In this document: in pieces, positions 1-10,995 of the stretch
How positions within the stretch are numbered: the first letter of the stretch is position 1
Layout: each line of letters starts with the position of its first letter
Notes under the pieces: generated by a model
Told to the model about the DNA's origin: nothing
Databases searched by the model: none
The model's input: only the letters and a program-made list of their open reading frames with translations
Position numbers and translations under genes: made by a program
Assembly (NCBI GenBank): GCA_001687465.1
Contig: LVLI01000074.1
Location: 1-40,522, forward strand
Direction: 5' to 3'
DNA length: 40,522 bases
Origin: Halocafeteria seosinensis
Lineage: Eukaryota

Positions 1-1643
1 AAGGTCTCCGGTAACGTCCAGGAAGTCCTCGCGGATCTTCCTCCCTAGACCGGATATCAACTCAACGTCGTGAGCATACGCTGAAGACCTGCCAGGGTCC
101 TGATCAGTGTAACGGAACTGGCTTTCCTGAAGGCGCTTACTTATTCTGGCAGCTGCCTTTTCTCGAAACGTCTGTTGCTGTTTGGGGGTTAACCAATGCG
201 TAAATTCTACATTACAAGCATCAACAGGTTCTTGATTTCCGTTTTTGCTTTGCGGAGCAGATGGTATACGGGCATAGGTCAACGCTTCGACAAGCCCCGC
301 TATTAGCATTTCCCCTGCAACCACCCCAAAATACATTGCAGGTCTAACTACGAAAGCAGCGGCGAGAACACCAACGCATACCTGGAAGCCATCCTGCATC
401 GTGTACTCGAATAAACTCGTTGAAGTCAACGTAGCAATGATAAACGGCGAGGGGTTGATCCATTTCATCAGTCAACGGTTTCCGACATAGATCGGCCGAA
501 AGACCACGAGTGAACAACTGAGTCTTCCCAGCTCCCCATCCTAGGGCCGCAACGGGACTGGTTAATGGAGTTTTGCGCCCAGAGCGAGGACCGTACACAC
601 TCATTATATTGCGAAGCGGCAAAATTTGGGCTTCTCGATTTTCGAACGAATATCCTCCAAAAAGTCCTAACTGTGTGGACCCTTCGCGCGGGTTGGATGC
701 AAGCCATTCCACTGCAAGCATACAGTAGGTCCCTAAACACGGTATGCTTTCGGAGCCCCTAAAATTTTCCAGGCAGGTAACTTACCAAATTGTGCGGTCC
801 CGAGAGGTGTTGGTGGTGTAGTAGTCTCTGCGTGACCAGGGGACACGGACACGGATAAGAAGGAGTGCTTTACATATCACATAGACGGAAGGTGGATAGC
901 GCCGACTGCCGTACATACCGATATATTTCTGGCTCTCTTCGAATGCAGCGGTACCTAACGTGGTGGCCTCTGGAACATTAAGCTGCCGGAAGAATGCTAT
1001 AGCTTTCTCTTCTGTGTCGAATGGAGCTTTTCCAAAGGCCACATTGAAGTCTTTTACAGTTTTCAGGCAAGAGTCGTGCTTGTCCCCCAAATAGTTCTTG
1101 AATTTTTCCAACCATTCGAGTAATGCTTTTTGACCTGCGGGTACTGCTGCCTCAAAGAAAGGGAGACATTGGATAGGTAAACCGAATGGGTTGTACGTAC
1201 ATGATATGCGGGAGTCACTTACCCTCGTTTTCCCCAATGGTTGAAGCGCGGGGATCTTGCCGCTGTCCATCATCCGAACTGCTTGACTGAGAAGTGAATG
1301 AGGACCGAAACAAGTTCTGCTGCACAAAGTTTAATCCTGTCTTTGGAATATTCAGCCTTTGGGGCCGACCGGCGAGGGATACATTCCAAACGGGAAGAAC
1401 GTTGGGTACAGGTGCCCCCTTGCTGCGGGTGTTCGCAGTCGTGGGCTTTCTTATTCCTCCAGGATTGGATGTCCATGTCCCTGTACCTCGGTTGGCATTT
1501 AGGTCTGTTCCAGAATAATGCCAGAGTCCATTCAAGACACCCCGTCTGTTTGGTCCAGCAGTGGACCGGAATTGAGTTTTGGCTTTACTTCCAAAGCCCA
1601 AGTCCGGACGACTCTGAAAGGCTCGTGCTAGCATGGGAAACAT
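1..1643 (-). CDS. Crinkler/RHS-type NTPase-nuclease gene, copy A (5' part only; continues off the left edge)
   Basis: Near-identical to 5073-6740 with the same four GT-AG introns. ATG at 1643 (MFPMLARAF). Walker A ALGWGAGKT in ORF 344-721. Confidence 0.8.
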
Positions 1644-2064
1644 GGCAAAGCCGATTCTGTGTACGCGCGTATGTGGGTGGGTTCGTGGGTCCCCGCGAAA
1701 GAGTATTTTCGACGTGACTACAAACACAAATGAACGGAAACGCGCTGTTTGTGTTTTTCAATACAGTACACACGGCATTTAGTGTCACTTCACTATCGAT
1801 ACCAAAAGTACCTGTATGGGCGAAAAACTTTCATCTTTTTGCCATCTGTGTACAAGCACTACATATATATATAGACATGGAACGAGTTGTACCAGGTGAA
1901 CAAATACATGCTTTTTATTGCGCTCAAAGGGCTTTCCAAGTTTGCATTCGTTATCGAGATATAGGACCTTCCTAAGGCTTCCTTGGCCACAAAACGTCGT
2001 TCACAAAGCTCCAGGGGTGAAAATTTGTGCCCTTTGGTAAACTTGAGAGCCTGCGTGTCTAACG

Positions 2065-2525
2065 GCACACACATATTTGTGACAGATAGCCCACCAGCCG
2101 GGGAGTTGACCACATCCTCTTAACGAGGACCGGTATGCGCCCGTGTTAAACAGCGACGGGTCGTTAGGTCGCTGTTCCTGACATGCGCCGCGAGGGAGGT
2201 TTTGTTCAGGAGGCCCCGGGGAGGTGCCATGCCTGCGGCAACGCTAACGGGCAGAATTCTCCACCGCCGTCAACTGTCAACTGTGTGTTGCTCCTACCGG
2301 AAGACGTGTCCGCTACAGGCTACGCTACGCCGTGTGAAGGGTGAACCCTACCCAGAACCGGTCCAACATCTTCACGTTGTGGCACATCAACGTGACTGAC
2401 TGTTTGGTGCAAAAGTACCGCATCTCCCTTGTTTCCCAGCGGGAGCCCGGTGCTTTCCTGGCAATTCTCTTGAGGAACTTGATTGCGTCTTCCCCGAAGC
2501 CTTCCGTCGCCTTCATCGCGAACTT
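2065..2525 (-). mobile_element. 5'-truncated RLE-type (CRE-like) non-LTR retrotransposon 3' end
   Basis: FAMKATEGFGEDAIKFLKRIAR...QSVTLMCHNVKML resembles the C-terminal tail of RLE endonucleases. The 3' region is shared with 6862-7137 and 39078-39365 and ends in a (TG)n-like tail. Confidence 0.75.
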
Positions 2526-3020
2526 GGTCTTCGGAAAGAGCCGGCAACTGCAGTATCACATCTGATCGAGGATTTAGAGTTATAATTTAACGTCCAAATT
2601 CGAAGAATCAAGAAATAAAATGGGGTGTGGTTTATATTCTGACACACAACTGCTTTTCACTCGGATGTCGTACGCCTTCGTTCACTACATGTGTCGCCCG
2701 GTCAAATGTACCAGTTTTGGGACATGTAGCTCGTTTAGGAAGTCCTGCTGCCATTTGAAATTTGTTTACCGACTAAATTTCCTTTCTCGAATTCATAGCC
2801 GCGATGAAGTATCCATACTCAACCTTCACGCGATTCTGTATTTCACGTATAGTTACTTCTTGAGCTCTTAAAGTGTTGTGTTGCTTTACATATTGAACCA
2901 CGAGCTCGTGGTAAAGGCGAAGATCTTTCGGTGGTCGTCCGGTGCGGGAGCCTCGACAAACTTCTGCTTTGGTAGCACTCGAGCGTAAGAGTTCGCTAAT
3001 CATTAGCGGCTCATCACCCG

Positions 3021-6000
3021 CTACACATTGACACTTGATTTTAACTTTAGAAGATCATTTCTTAGTGTCCGCAAGGCCTTTCGTTTCCCCTTACTCGTAT
3101 ACAGAGACCCCCCTTTGGCCTGTACTCTTCTTTCGAGCTCTTCACGAGCTTCGTCTTCGCTCGATGTACCTGCCATCTTTGAAAGTCGGTAGTCTGAGTA
3201 ATCGCTTATCTGTTCCGGTTTCCCTTTGTTGCTGTGGGTACTCCCATCCTGCTCAGTCAGTGTTTCGAGGTGAGCTAAAGCGGTCGTAAACTGTTGCGTG
3301 AGTTCCTTTCCCTCTTCAGGCGTTGTAATGCTGGCGGTGCGCAGAGCCAATGCGATGTTATAGTAAGTCTCAAGACTGTTGGCGACACTACGAGAATCCA
3401 TCACGTTGAAGGCGAGACCCATCTCCACCTGGTCGAGCATGACTATATAACAATCTTCTTGATGGTTATGCAGGCACCAAGCGTGTGGAATCTGCTCCAC
3501 CGTCCAGCCAGTTGGGATAGAATCCAGCTGACTAGCTCTGTGACACAAGCAAATCATTACTTTTTTGGTCCCTTCAGCTGCGTCTCTGAGGGACTTTGGA
3601 AATGCCTTATCAAACTCCACTAATATTTCGTTTATGTTAAGCGGGTCAACCTTATGCTTTATCTGAATACTAAGGAATAGCGGACGGAGATAGTAATAAA
3701 GGTCACCACTTGAAGAATTGTCCGATGGATAATATAGGACGTTGTTGCGGACATGTTTCCAGATAAACTCCCAATCTGTGCGTGTTACCTGCCTAATCTG
3801 CTGACTTCGTTTGAGGTACATAGCCGGCTCCAGCGATCTTATTACGTCTTGCTTCTCCTTTGGCCGTTTTTCAATTGAGGAAGTCCGACTCCCCTCATCC
3901 TCTTTTTTTGTGAATACAGGAAGCCTGGCCACACGTAAATCGTATGGGGAGTAGACAAGGGGTCCAACGTCGTCGAGAAATTTAGGTAAAGGGAAAACCG
4001 ACCTTAGGAATCGTTGTTCTGTGGGAAACGAATCCTCGAACAATCTCAAATGTAACAATTGAAACATTGCTTTCTCAAAGAATACACCATCGCTCGTCGA
4101 GCCTTTTGAACCCTGGATGCCCGGCTTCGAAATGCGCTGCAACAACCTGTCCATGTTGTCTTCAAAGCTGGACTGTGTCGACGTCAAGGGAGTGTCTCTT
4201 CGCGATCGGAAACAACTTGCCACAAATCGAATTTTGGCTAACAAGTGCTGCGCTCGAGGCGAGCTGTTGCCGGGGTTCCACACGTGGATACGCTTCCCTA
4301 ATGCAGCCGCGAGAATAGTTGGAAACCTTAGAGCAATTAAGTTTGCATCGCCATCGAAATCAATGTAGTAGTTAAACAACCGGCACCAATCAATAATATA
4401 CCGCGCCTCATTGGACGAGCGACTGAAAATGTCACCTTCAGCCATTCCTTCCGGAGCAGCACCACAAAAACCACCACTTTCATCCATCCTGTCCTCAGGA
4501 CGAAACCTCCGCCCCAACAATGACGCCACAGCAAGGTTCACAAAACAATTCATATAAGACTGGGCGACTCTATTTATTACACCAGCATAAGTTTGGATTT
4601 GCGGTAGAGAGCTGAGTCGGTTAACAGGATCCTCAAAGCCCTGAATACTATTCCTCTTAAAAACCATCGAAAACTGCTGCAAAGCCAAGTCCACGTACCG
4701 TGGGATACCTGCTGTCAAAACCCGTAGCGCCGATGCAAGAGAAGTATGATACGCAGGATCTATTTTTCCCTGGCATTGAATGACGTTCTTTATGTGGTCT
4801 TCATCCAAACTATTCAAATAAATAGTCTCTAACCAAGAGTCTTCGGGAGATCCCACAGGAAATTTACGAGTCTGAATATAATACCCACCCCTCGAGACTC
4901 GCAGCAAGTCAGGTAGCCTACCAATAGCTGACGGAATTATGCATCCCCCATGACTTAGATTATGAACCATATGCCACCATAAACATATAGCCACTGGACT
5001 TGCGTCCTTGTGCGCATTTTCACTCACCACGCAATTCAGTTCGTCGCAAACAATAGACACTCTGCAACCCATAAGGTCTCCGGTAACGTCCAGGAAGTCC
5101 TCGCGGATCTTCCTCCCTAGACCGGATATCAACTCAACGTCGTGAGCATACGCTGAAGACCTGCCAGGGTCCTGATCAGTGTAACGGAACTGGCTTTCCT
5201 GAAGGCGCTTACTTATTCTGGGAGCTGCCTTTTCTCGAAACGTCTGTTGCTGTTTGGGGGTTAACCAATGCGTAAATTCTACATTACAAGCATCAACAGG
5301 TTCTTGATTTCCGTTTTTGCTTTGCGGAGCAGATGGTATACGGGCATAGGTCAACGCTTCGACAAGCCCCGCTATTAGCATTTCCCCTGCAACCATCCCA
5401 AAATACATTGCAGGTCTAACTACGAAAGCAGCGGCGAGAACACCAACGCATACCTGGAAGCCATCCTGCATCGTGTACTCGAATAAACTCGTTGAAGTCA
5501 ACGTAGCAATGATAAACGGCGAGGGGTTGATCCATATCATCAGTCAACGGTTTCCGACATAGATCGGCCGAAAGACCACGAGTGAACAACTGAGTCTTCC
5601 CAGCTCCCCATCCTAGGGCCGCAACGGGACTGGTTAATGGAGTTTTGCGCCCAGAGCGAGGACCGTACACACTCATTATATTGCGAAGCCGCAAAATTTG
5701 GGCTTCTCGATTTTCGAACGAATTTCCTCCAAAAAGTCCTAACTGTGTGGACCCTTCGCGCGGGTTGGATGCAAGCCATTCCACTGCAAGCATACAGTAG
5801 TTCCCTAAAACACGGTATGCTTTCGGAGCCCCTAAATTTTCCAGGCAGGTAACTTACCAAATTGTGCGGTCCCGAGAGGTGTTGGTGGTGTAGTAGTCTC
5901 TGCGTGACCAGGGGACACGGACACGGATAAGAAGGAGTGCTTCACATATCACATATACGGATGAATGGTGGATAGCGTTTACTGCTCTACATACCTATAT

Positions 6001-6740
6001 AGTTCTGGCTCTCTCTGAACGCAGCGGCGCCTAAAACGATGTCCAGTGGAACGTTAAGCTGCCGGAAGAACCCTATAGCTTTCTCTTCTGTGTCGAACGG
6101 AGCTTTTCCAAAGGCCACATTGAAATCTTTTACAGTTTTCACGCAAGAGTCGTGCTTGTCCCCCAAATAGATCTTGTATTTTTCCAACCATTCGAGTAAT
6201 GCTTTGTGACCTGCGGGTACTGCTGCCTCAAAGAAAGGGAGACATTGGATAGGTAAACCGAATGGGTTGTACGCAACAGTTCCGTATGATATGCGGGGAT
6301 CACTTACCTGCAGTGGTTGAAGACTGTGTTTGGGCGGCGGGGTCTTCCGTTGCGTACTGGTGTCCATCATCCGAACTGCTTGGCTGAGAAGTAAATGAGG
6401 ACCGAAACAAGTTCTGCTGCACAAAGTTTAATCCTGTCTTTGGTATATTCAGCCTTTGGGGTCGACCGGCGAGGGATACATTCCAAACGGGAAGAACGTT
6501 GGGTACAGGTGCCCCCTTGCTGGGGGTGTTCGCAGTCGTGGGCTTTTTTGCTCCCCCAAGATTGGATGTCCATGTCCTTGTACCTCGGTTGGCATTTAGG
6601 TCTGTTCCAGAATATTGCCAGAGTCCATTCAAGACACCCCGTCTGTTTGGTCCAGCAGTGGACCGGAATTGAGTTTTGGCTTTACTTCGAAAGCCCAAGT
6701 CCGGACGACTCTGAAAGGCTCGTGCTAGCATGGGAAACAT
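3021..6740 (-). CDS. Crinkler/RHS (CR)-type protein: header + P-loop NTPase + PD-(D/E)xK nuclease, ~1128 aa, copy B
   Basis: Exons 6740-6308, 6210-5995, 5899-5858, 5783-5454 and 5386-3021 join in frame through four phase-1 GT-AG introns. Motifs: FENRE, Walker A ALGWGAGKT, Walker B VSIVCDE, AIGR, LTAGIPRYV, then REase-like FEKA...SSSGDLY...IQIK. Confidence 0.8.
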
Positions 6741-6861
6741 GGCAAAGCCGATTCTGTGTACGCGCGTATGTGGGTGGGTTCGTGGGTCCCCGCGAAAGAG
6801 TATTTTCGACGTGACTACAAACACAAATGAACGGAAACGCACTGTTTGTGTTTTTCAATAC

Positions 6862-7137
6862 GCACGCACACACAAATGTGACAGATAGCCCACCGGCCGG
6901 GAAGTTGACCGCATCCTCTTAACGAGGAGCGGTATGCGCCCGTGTTAAGCAGCGACGGGCCCGCTGTTCCTGCAGCCTTGCTGAGGGAACACAGCACTGG
7001 TTAAGCTCAGGAGGCATCGGGGGAGGAGCCATGCCTGCGCCCACAATGTCAGAGGTACCGACAAGGCTCAGTCTGGCAGGAGAAGACCCTGAGCCTGCCA
7101 CAGCGGCGCCAACGCCAAGACCGGTTGCAGCAGCGCA
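6862..7137 (-). mobile_element. Retroelement 3'-terminal fragment (dispersed repeat)
   Basis: Almost identical to 39078-39364 apart from a ~12-bp indel. Its (CA)n end abuts the right edge of the duplicated unit. Confidence 0.8.
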
Positions 7138-7521
7138 AAACAGACGCTTCTTCACTTCTCCCCTCTTTTTTTAGTTAGTTATCTTGTATGCCCCAACTGT
7201 GGTTCATCAAATAGCCTACTGTGGAGGGTAAACTTTACCCGGCAAAGTTTTTTATCCGTTCAAAAAGCTTCTGGGGTGCTTGCACTGTGAGCTGAGACAC
7301 GATTATGAAGGTTGAAATCCTGCATTAATCATTGCTTAGACAATCATCGCAATGAGGGCATTGCATTACAATCGTAGCGGAAAATTTGGATACACAAACA
7401 TGCAACTTGAACGCTTTTTGTAATCAAATGCCCTTGGGTATTTCCCTTTGTTGAAGACTCGATTTATACCGAACCCACATATCGGTTATTCAACTCATAG
7501 TCGGCGTGTGTATTAGTATTA

Positions 7522-8645
7522 CTCTTACCTGAAGACGTGTACGCTACAGACTACGCTACGCCGTGTGAGGGGTGAACCCTGGTCCAACATCTTCACGTGG
7601 TGGCGCATCAACGTGACTGGTTTGGCCGTCATCAACTTGCGGAAGTTCCGCATCTCCCTTGTTTCCCTTTAGTACTAGTGTGTATTATTTGTTGCCTAAC
7701 GGCTAAGTGGAGATGTAGTTGGGGGATCTTCACTCCGTCGAAGATCTCTCCAGGGGCCTCCTGCATTGTTTCCAGCGGAAGCCCAGTGCTTGCCTGGCAA
7801 TTCTCTTGAGAAACTTGGTTGCGTCTTCCACGAAGCCGCACGTCGCTTCTATCGCGAACGGAATAATTTCCGTGTGGTGGTCCCTCAAATGCCCGTATGT
7901 GTTGTCCGCTTCTGCCGCAATGCTGAGGAGTCTTCCCGCTGTCGTGACTGGTCTGTCTCCCGTGAGCGGGTTTGGCACTGCCACATCGACTTACAGTGTG
8001 CTCGTTGGGCCCTTTGCTACCAGGTCCATTACTGGCCTTGTCTCTCCTCCGTTTCGCGGCTCTATGAGCACCTCTCCCTCCACTGGCATTTGACTCATGC
8101 GGATGTAGTTCCCCAGTTCCACTGCTATCTTGTCATGACGGCGGATTCTTTGCGTGGCATCTCTTCCCCTTCTTTGACGCACCCCAGTGCGTGGTGCAGC
8201 ACCTCGTCGATCGGTCCTTCTCTACAGCATTCACCGGATGACCCCGTAAACAAGTTATTTTGGGGGAGCCTTAGGCGTAGGCGCAGTGCTACCATGTACT
8301 CGGCGTCGGTTAGCGTCCCTATCAGAGTCCGTGTAGGTACTCTCTGCAACACCTTGCCCAGATATTTTTGTAGCATCGGTTTGCTCCAGTAGCCTTTGTA
8401 GTGGCTCAGCGTCCCTTTCAGAGTCCGTGTAGGTACTCTCTGCAACATCTCTTGCCCAGGTATTTTTGAAACTTCGGTTTGCTCCAGTAGCCTTCGTAGT
8501 AGTGTGTATTATTCATGGCCTACCGGCTAAGCCTTCGTAGTTCGCATTCCGGCCGAAGTCCGATATTTCCTGTAGCGCGTTCTACGAGCACCTCTCTCTC
8601 TCTCCACTGGCATTTGAATCATGCAGACGTAGTTCCCCAGTTCCT
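7522..8645 (-). mobile_element. Decayed RLE-type non-LTR retrotransposon (Zn knuckle + restriction-like endonuclease)
   Basis: Frameshifted translation: EYMVALRLRL...CCREG..HHALGC (CCHC-like), RRHDKI (RHD), EP...RPVMDL, DVAVPNP, IIPFAIEATCGF. Contains stops, frameshifts and internal duplications (8581-8643 repeats ~8060-8120). Confidence 0.8.
8312..8494. repeat. Two-copy imperfect direct repeat (~85 bp, period 96)
   Basis: agcgtccct(a/t)tcagagtccgtgtaggtactctctgcaaca...ctccagtagcctt at 8312-8396 and 8408-8494. Confidence 0.9.
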
Positions 8646-8813
8646 AGTCGGCTACGTACGGAGAGAACAACAGTTTCCGAACATTCCGAACAAAACTAAA
8701 GGGAAGAAGTTAAGTGCGGGGCTGTGTCATATGAAAGAATTGTCACAGCTGCAGGATTGTCATTCACCGTACAAACGACAATAGTTTTTCTGATCCAAAC
8801 CGAAACCTTAGTC

Positions 8814-10915
8814 ATGGAAATACGTTGGGGTGGTTGTATCGCTCTGCTTGTGGGGATTTGTATCCTTATACAGCCACTTTCGGCCGCCGGAATCGATACT
8901 CGGAAACAGGCTGCTCACGCTTTATTGAGGCCTTTTTCGAAGCACAAGAAGTTGGGAAGTGATGCGCAATATGTAAGCGCATCAGTTACGCAGGACAGAA
9001 ATGGGCGAAAATGCACCGTAAGTATGCAATGATGGATAAACGCCGCAAAGGCACTTCCTAGGATCATCTTCAACTGGGTCCTTCATTCATGTCAAGATTC
9101 ATTGTTTTCTCCTGCTACACAGATTACAAAGGGTGTTAACAAAGATACCGATGCCTATGGAGGATGGGATGATGCCATCGATAGCACTGGGTGGGGCTAT
9201 TTGAGCGTGAAAACTGGGTCTTCCTCTTCCGACCCCGAAGCTAAAGCCTATGCAGCAGGTTGTGTCGAGGGTTATTTGACCCCTACACGGATGGAGCAAT
9301 ACTGGGGGAATTATGCCCTCAATGAATATGGCCACAAAGGTCCCAGTGTTCGCCTCTTGGAATTCATAGAGCAACAGAAAGAGTTTGTGGAGAATCAAAT
9401 TGGGCGGAATAAACACAACGCCAATCTGTTTACGACATCAGAAAGCAAGTTTTGGGACTCGATGGCACTCATCATGGCCCAGTTCGATGGACTTTGCGAT
9501 GGCTACGCACAAGGAAGCATATCACCCATTCCCATGACTGAACTGGAATTGTACCTTCTCAATAGTGTGGGAGATCTTGAGGATCTCAACAATGTATTTC
9601 CCCGCAACGATTCGACACCGAAGATCTCTGGTATAAAGACCACACCGGCACCGCAGTGGACAGAAATGACTGATTGTTCTGGTCTGATCAAGGTTCTTCC
9701 TGATAATAGTGATATCGTGGTAGGCCATACCACATGGAGAGACTATTATGCAATGCTCCGCTCCTACAAGAGATATGATTTCGACTTTATGCACAATGGA
9801 GAAATCTCCATGTCTTCCTCTCCAGGTATGTTTCTTACATGTTATTCGCGAGTGTCCGAAAGTATATTTTAAAACCGTTAGCCGGTTTTCAGGCTTTCTC
9901 CATTCAAAGGACGATTTCTACGTTGTCCCTGGTATGGTCGTTTTGGAAACGACAAACTCGATATTCAACAAAACGCTCTATGATCGCTTGACTCCTTCAT
10001 GCGCTTTATCATGGCAACGAGCTGCTATAGGTGTGTGGCAAGCCGCTACACCCAAGGAATTCACCTCTCTGTTTTCCCTGTATAACTCTGGCACATACAA
10101 CAACCAATGGATGGCGATTCAGCTATCGCAATTTTCACCAGGGAAACCTGTTCCAGACAGTGACGTCTTTTGGATTATCGAACAAATCCCCGGCTACACA
10201 AAAAGTGCAGATGTCAGTGCAGTACTCCAAAAGCAGGGCTATTGGCCGAGTTACAATATTCCATACTTCAAAGAAGTGAGTGACGTATGAAGTAAAGAGC
10301 TAGAAATGGCGTATTGAAACTTTGTTTCTACTCAGATTTATACGATGAGTGGTTATGAGGAAATGTATAAGAAGCATGGTAACGATTTTTCTTATGAACA
10401 TTGTCCCAGTATGTAGCACAATTCTGATCGACGTGTTTTTCGTCCGACATAAGCATTGACTACAAATTTGCGGGAGCTAACATTTTCCGGAGAAATGAAA
10501 CTCAACTAGACTCGTTCACGAACGTGCAGTCTATTATGCGATACAACCATTACACAAGCGACCCGCTGTCGGACAATAACCCGATGAACGCTATTGCTTC
10601 GCGCGCAGATTTGATCAGGTAAGCGCGTGTGATGTCTGCGGTATCTTGGGACGTCGTGTAAACTTTAACGCTTTCTAATGCAGTGGCTCTCCAAAAGCGT
10701 TTGGCGGAGTAGACTCGAAAGTGGTATCCTTCACCTCCATACAGAAAGGACAACTAGGAGTGAAAGCGATTTCAGGCCCAACCGCGGTGTCGCAACCTCC
10801 GTTCTCCTTCAGCAATAGCGCAAACGGCACTTTCAGCAACGTCCCTCGAGCTGGAGTACCTGATACATGGAACTTCGATTGGGTCGAAACAACAGAGCAG
10901 TTGCCCACTATGTAG
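8814..10915 (+). CDS. Phospholipase B-like (PLBD family) lysosomal Ntn-hydrolase
   Basis: Signal peptide. Motifs TGWGYLSV, DCSGLIKV (nucleophile Cys), GHTTW, SKDDFY, ETTN, YNSGTYNNQW, EQIPG, YWPSYNIPYF, MRYN, AISGPT. Introns 9018-9122, 9826-9892, 10276-10335, 10409-10473, 10619-10683. Confidence 0.93.
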
Positions 10916-10995
10916 TGTTGAAGGGGATGAGTCAAAGCGTTCAATTGACTCCGTATTCTTGTGAGCACACACTAATCAGCTGTTTCGTGTGCAAG

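Larger units (their letters stand above)
1..6861. repeat. Tandem segmental duplication, offset 5072 bp (1-1764 matches 5073-6861)
   Basis: Direct comparison shows 5 substitutions in the first 720 bp. Homology ends at gtgtttttcaatac (1764/6861). Locally divergent blocks at ~890-980 and ~1195-1265. Confidence 0.97.

Noticed and set aside
5387..5540. N-terminus of the 839-aa ORF (MIWINPSPF..., hydrophobic) as a signal peptide or TM segment
   Set aside because: It is an out-of-frame reading of exon 4 plus intron 4. The spliced frame carries the Walker A motif.
6900..6965. TCCTCG-containing hairpin as an HDV-like ribozyme
   Set aside because: P1/P2/P3 nested pairing could not be built on either strand, and there is no hammerhead (CTGANGA/GAAA) or twister core. 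It lies at the element's 3' end rather than the 5' end.
8312..8494. Direct repeats as a CRISPR array or LTRs
   Set aside because: Only two ~85-bp imperfect copies 11 bp apart inside a decayed retroelement; no spacers, cas genes, TG..CA ends or PBS.
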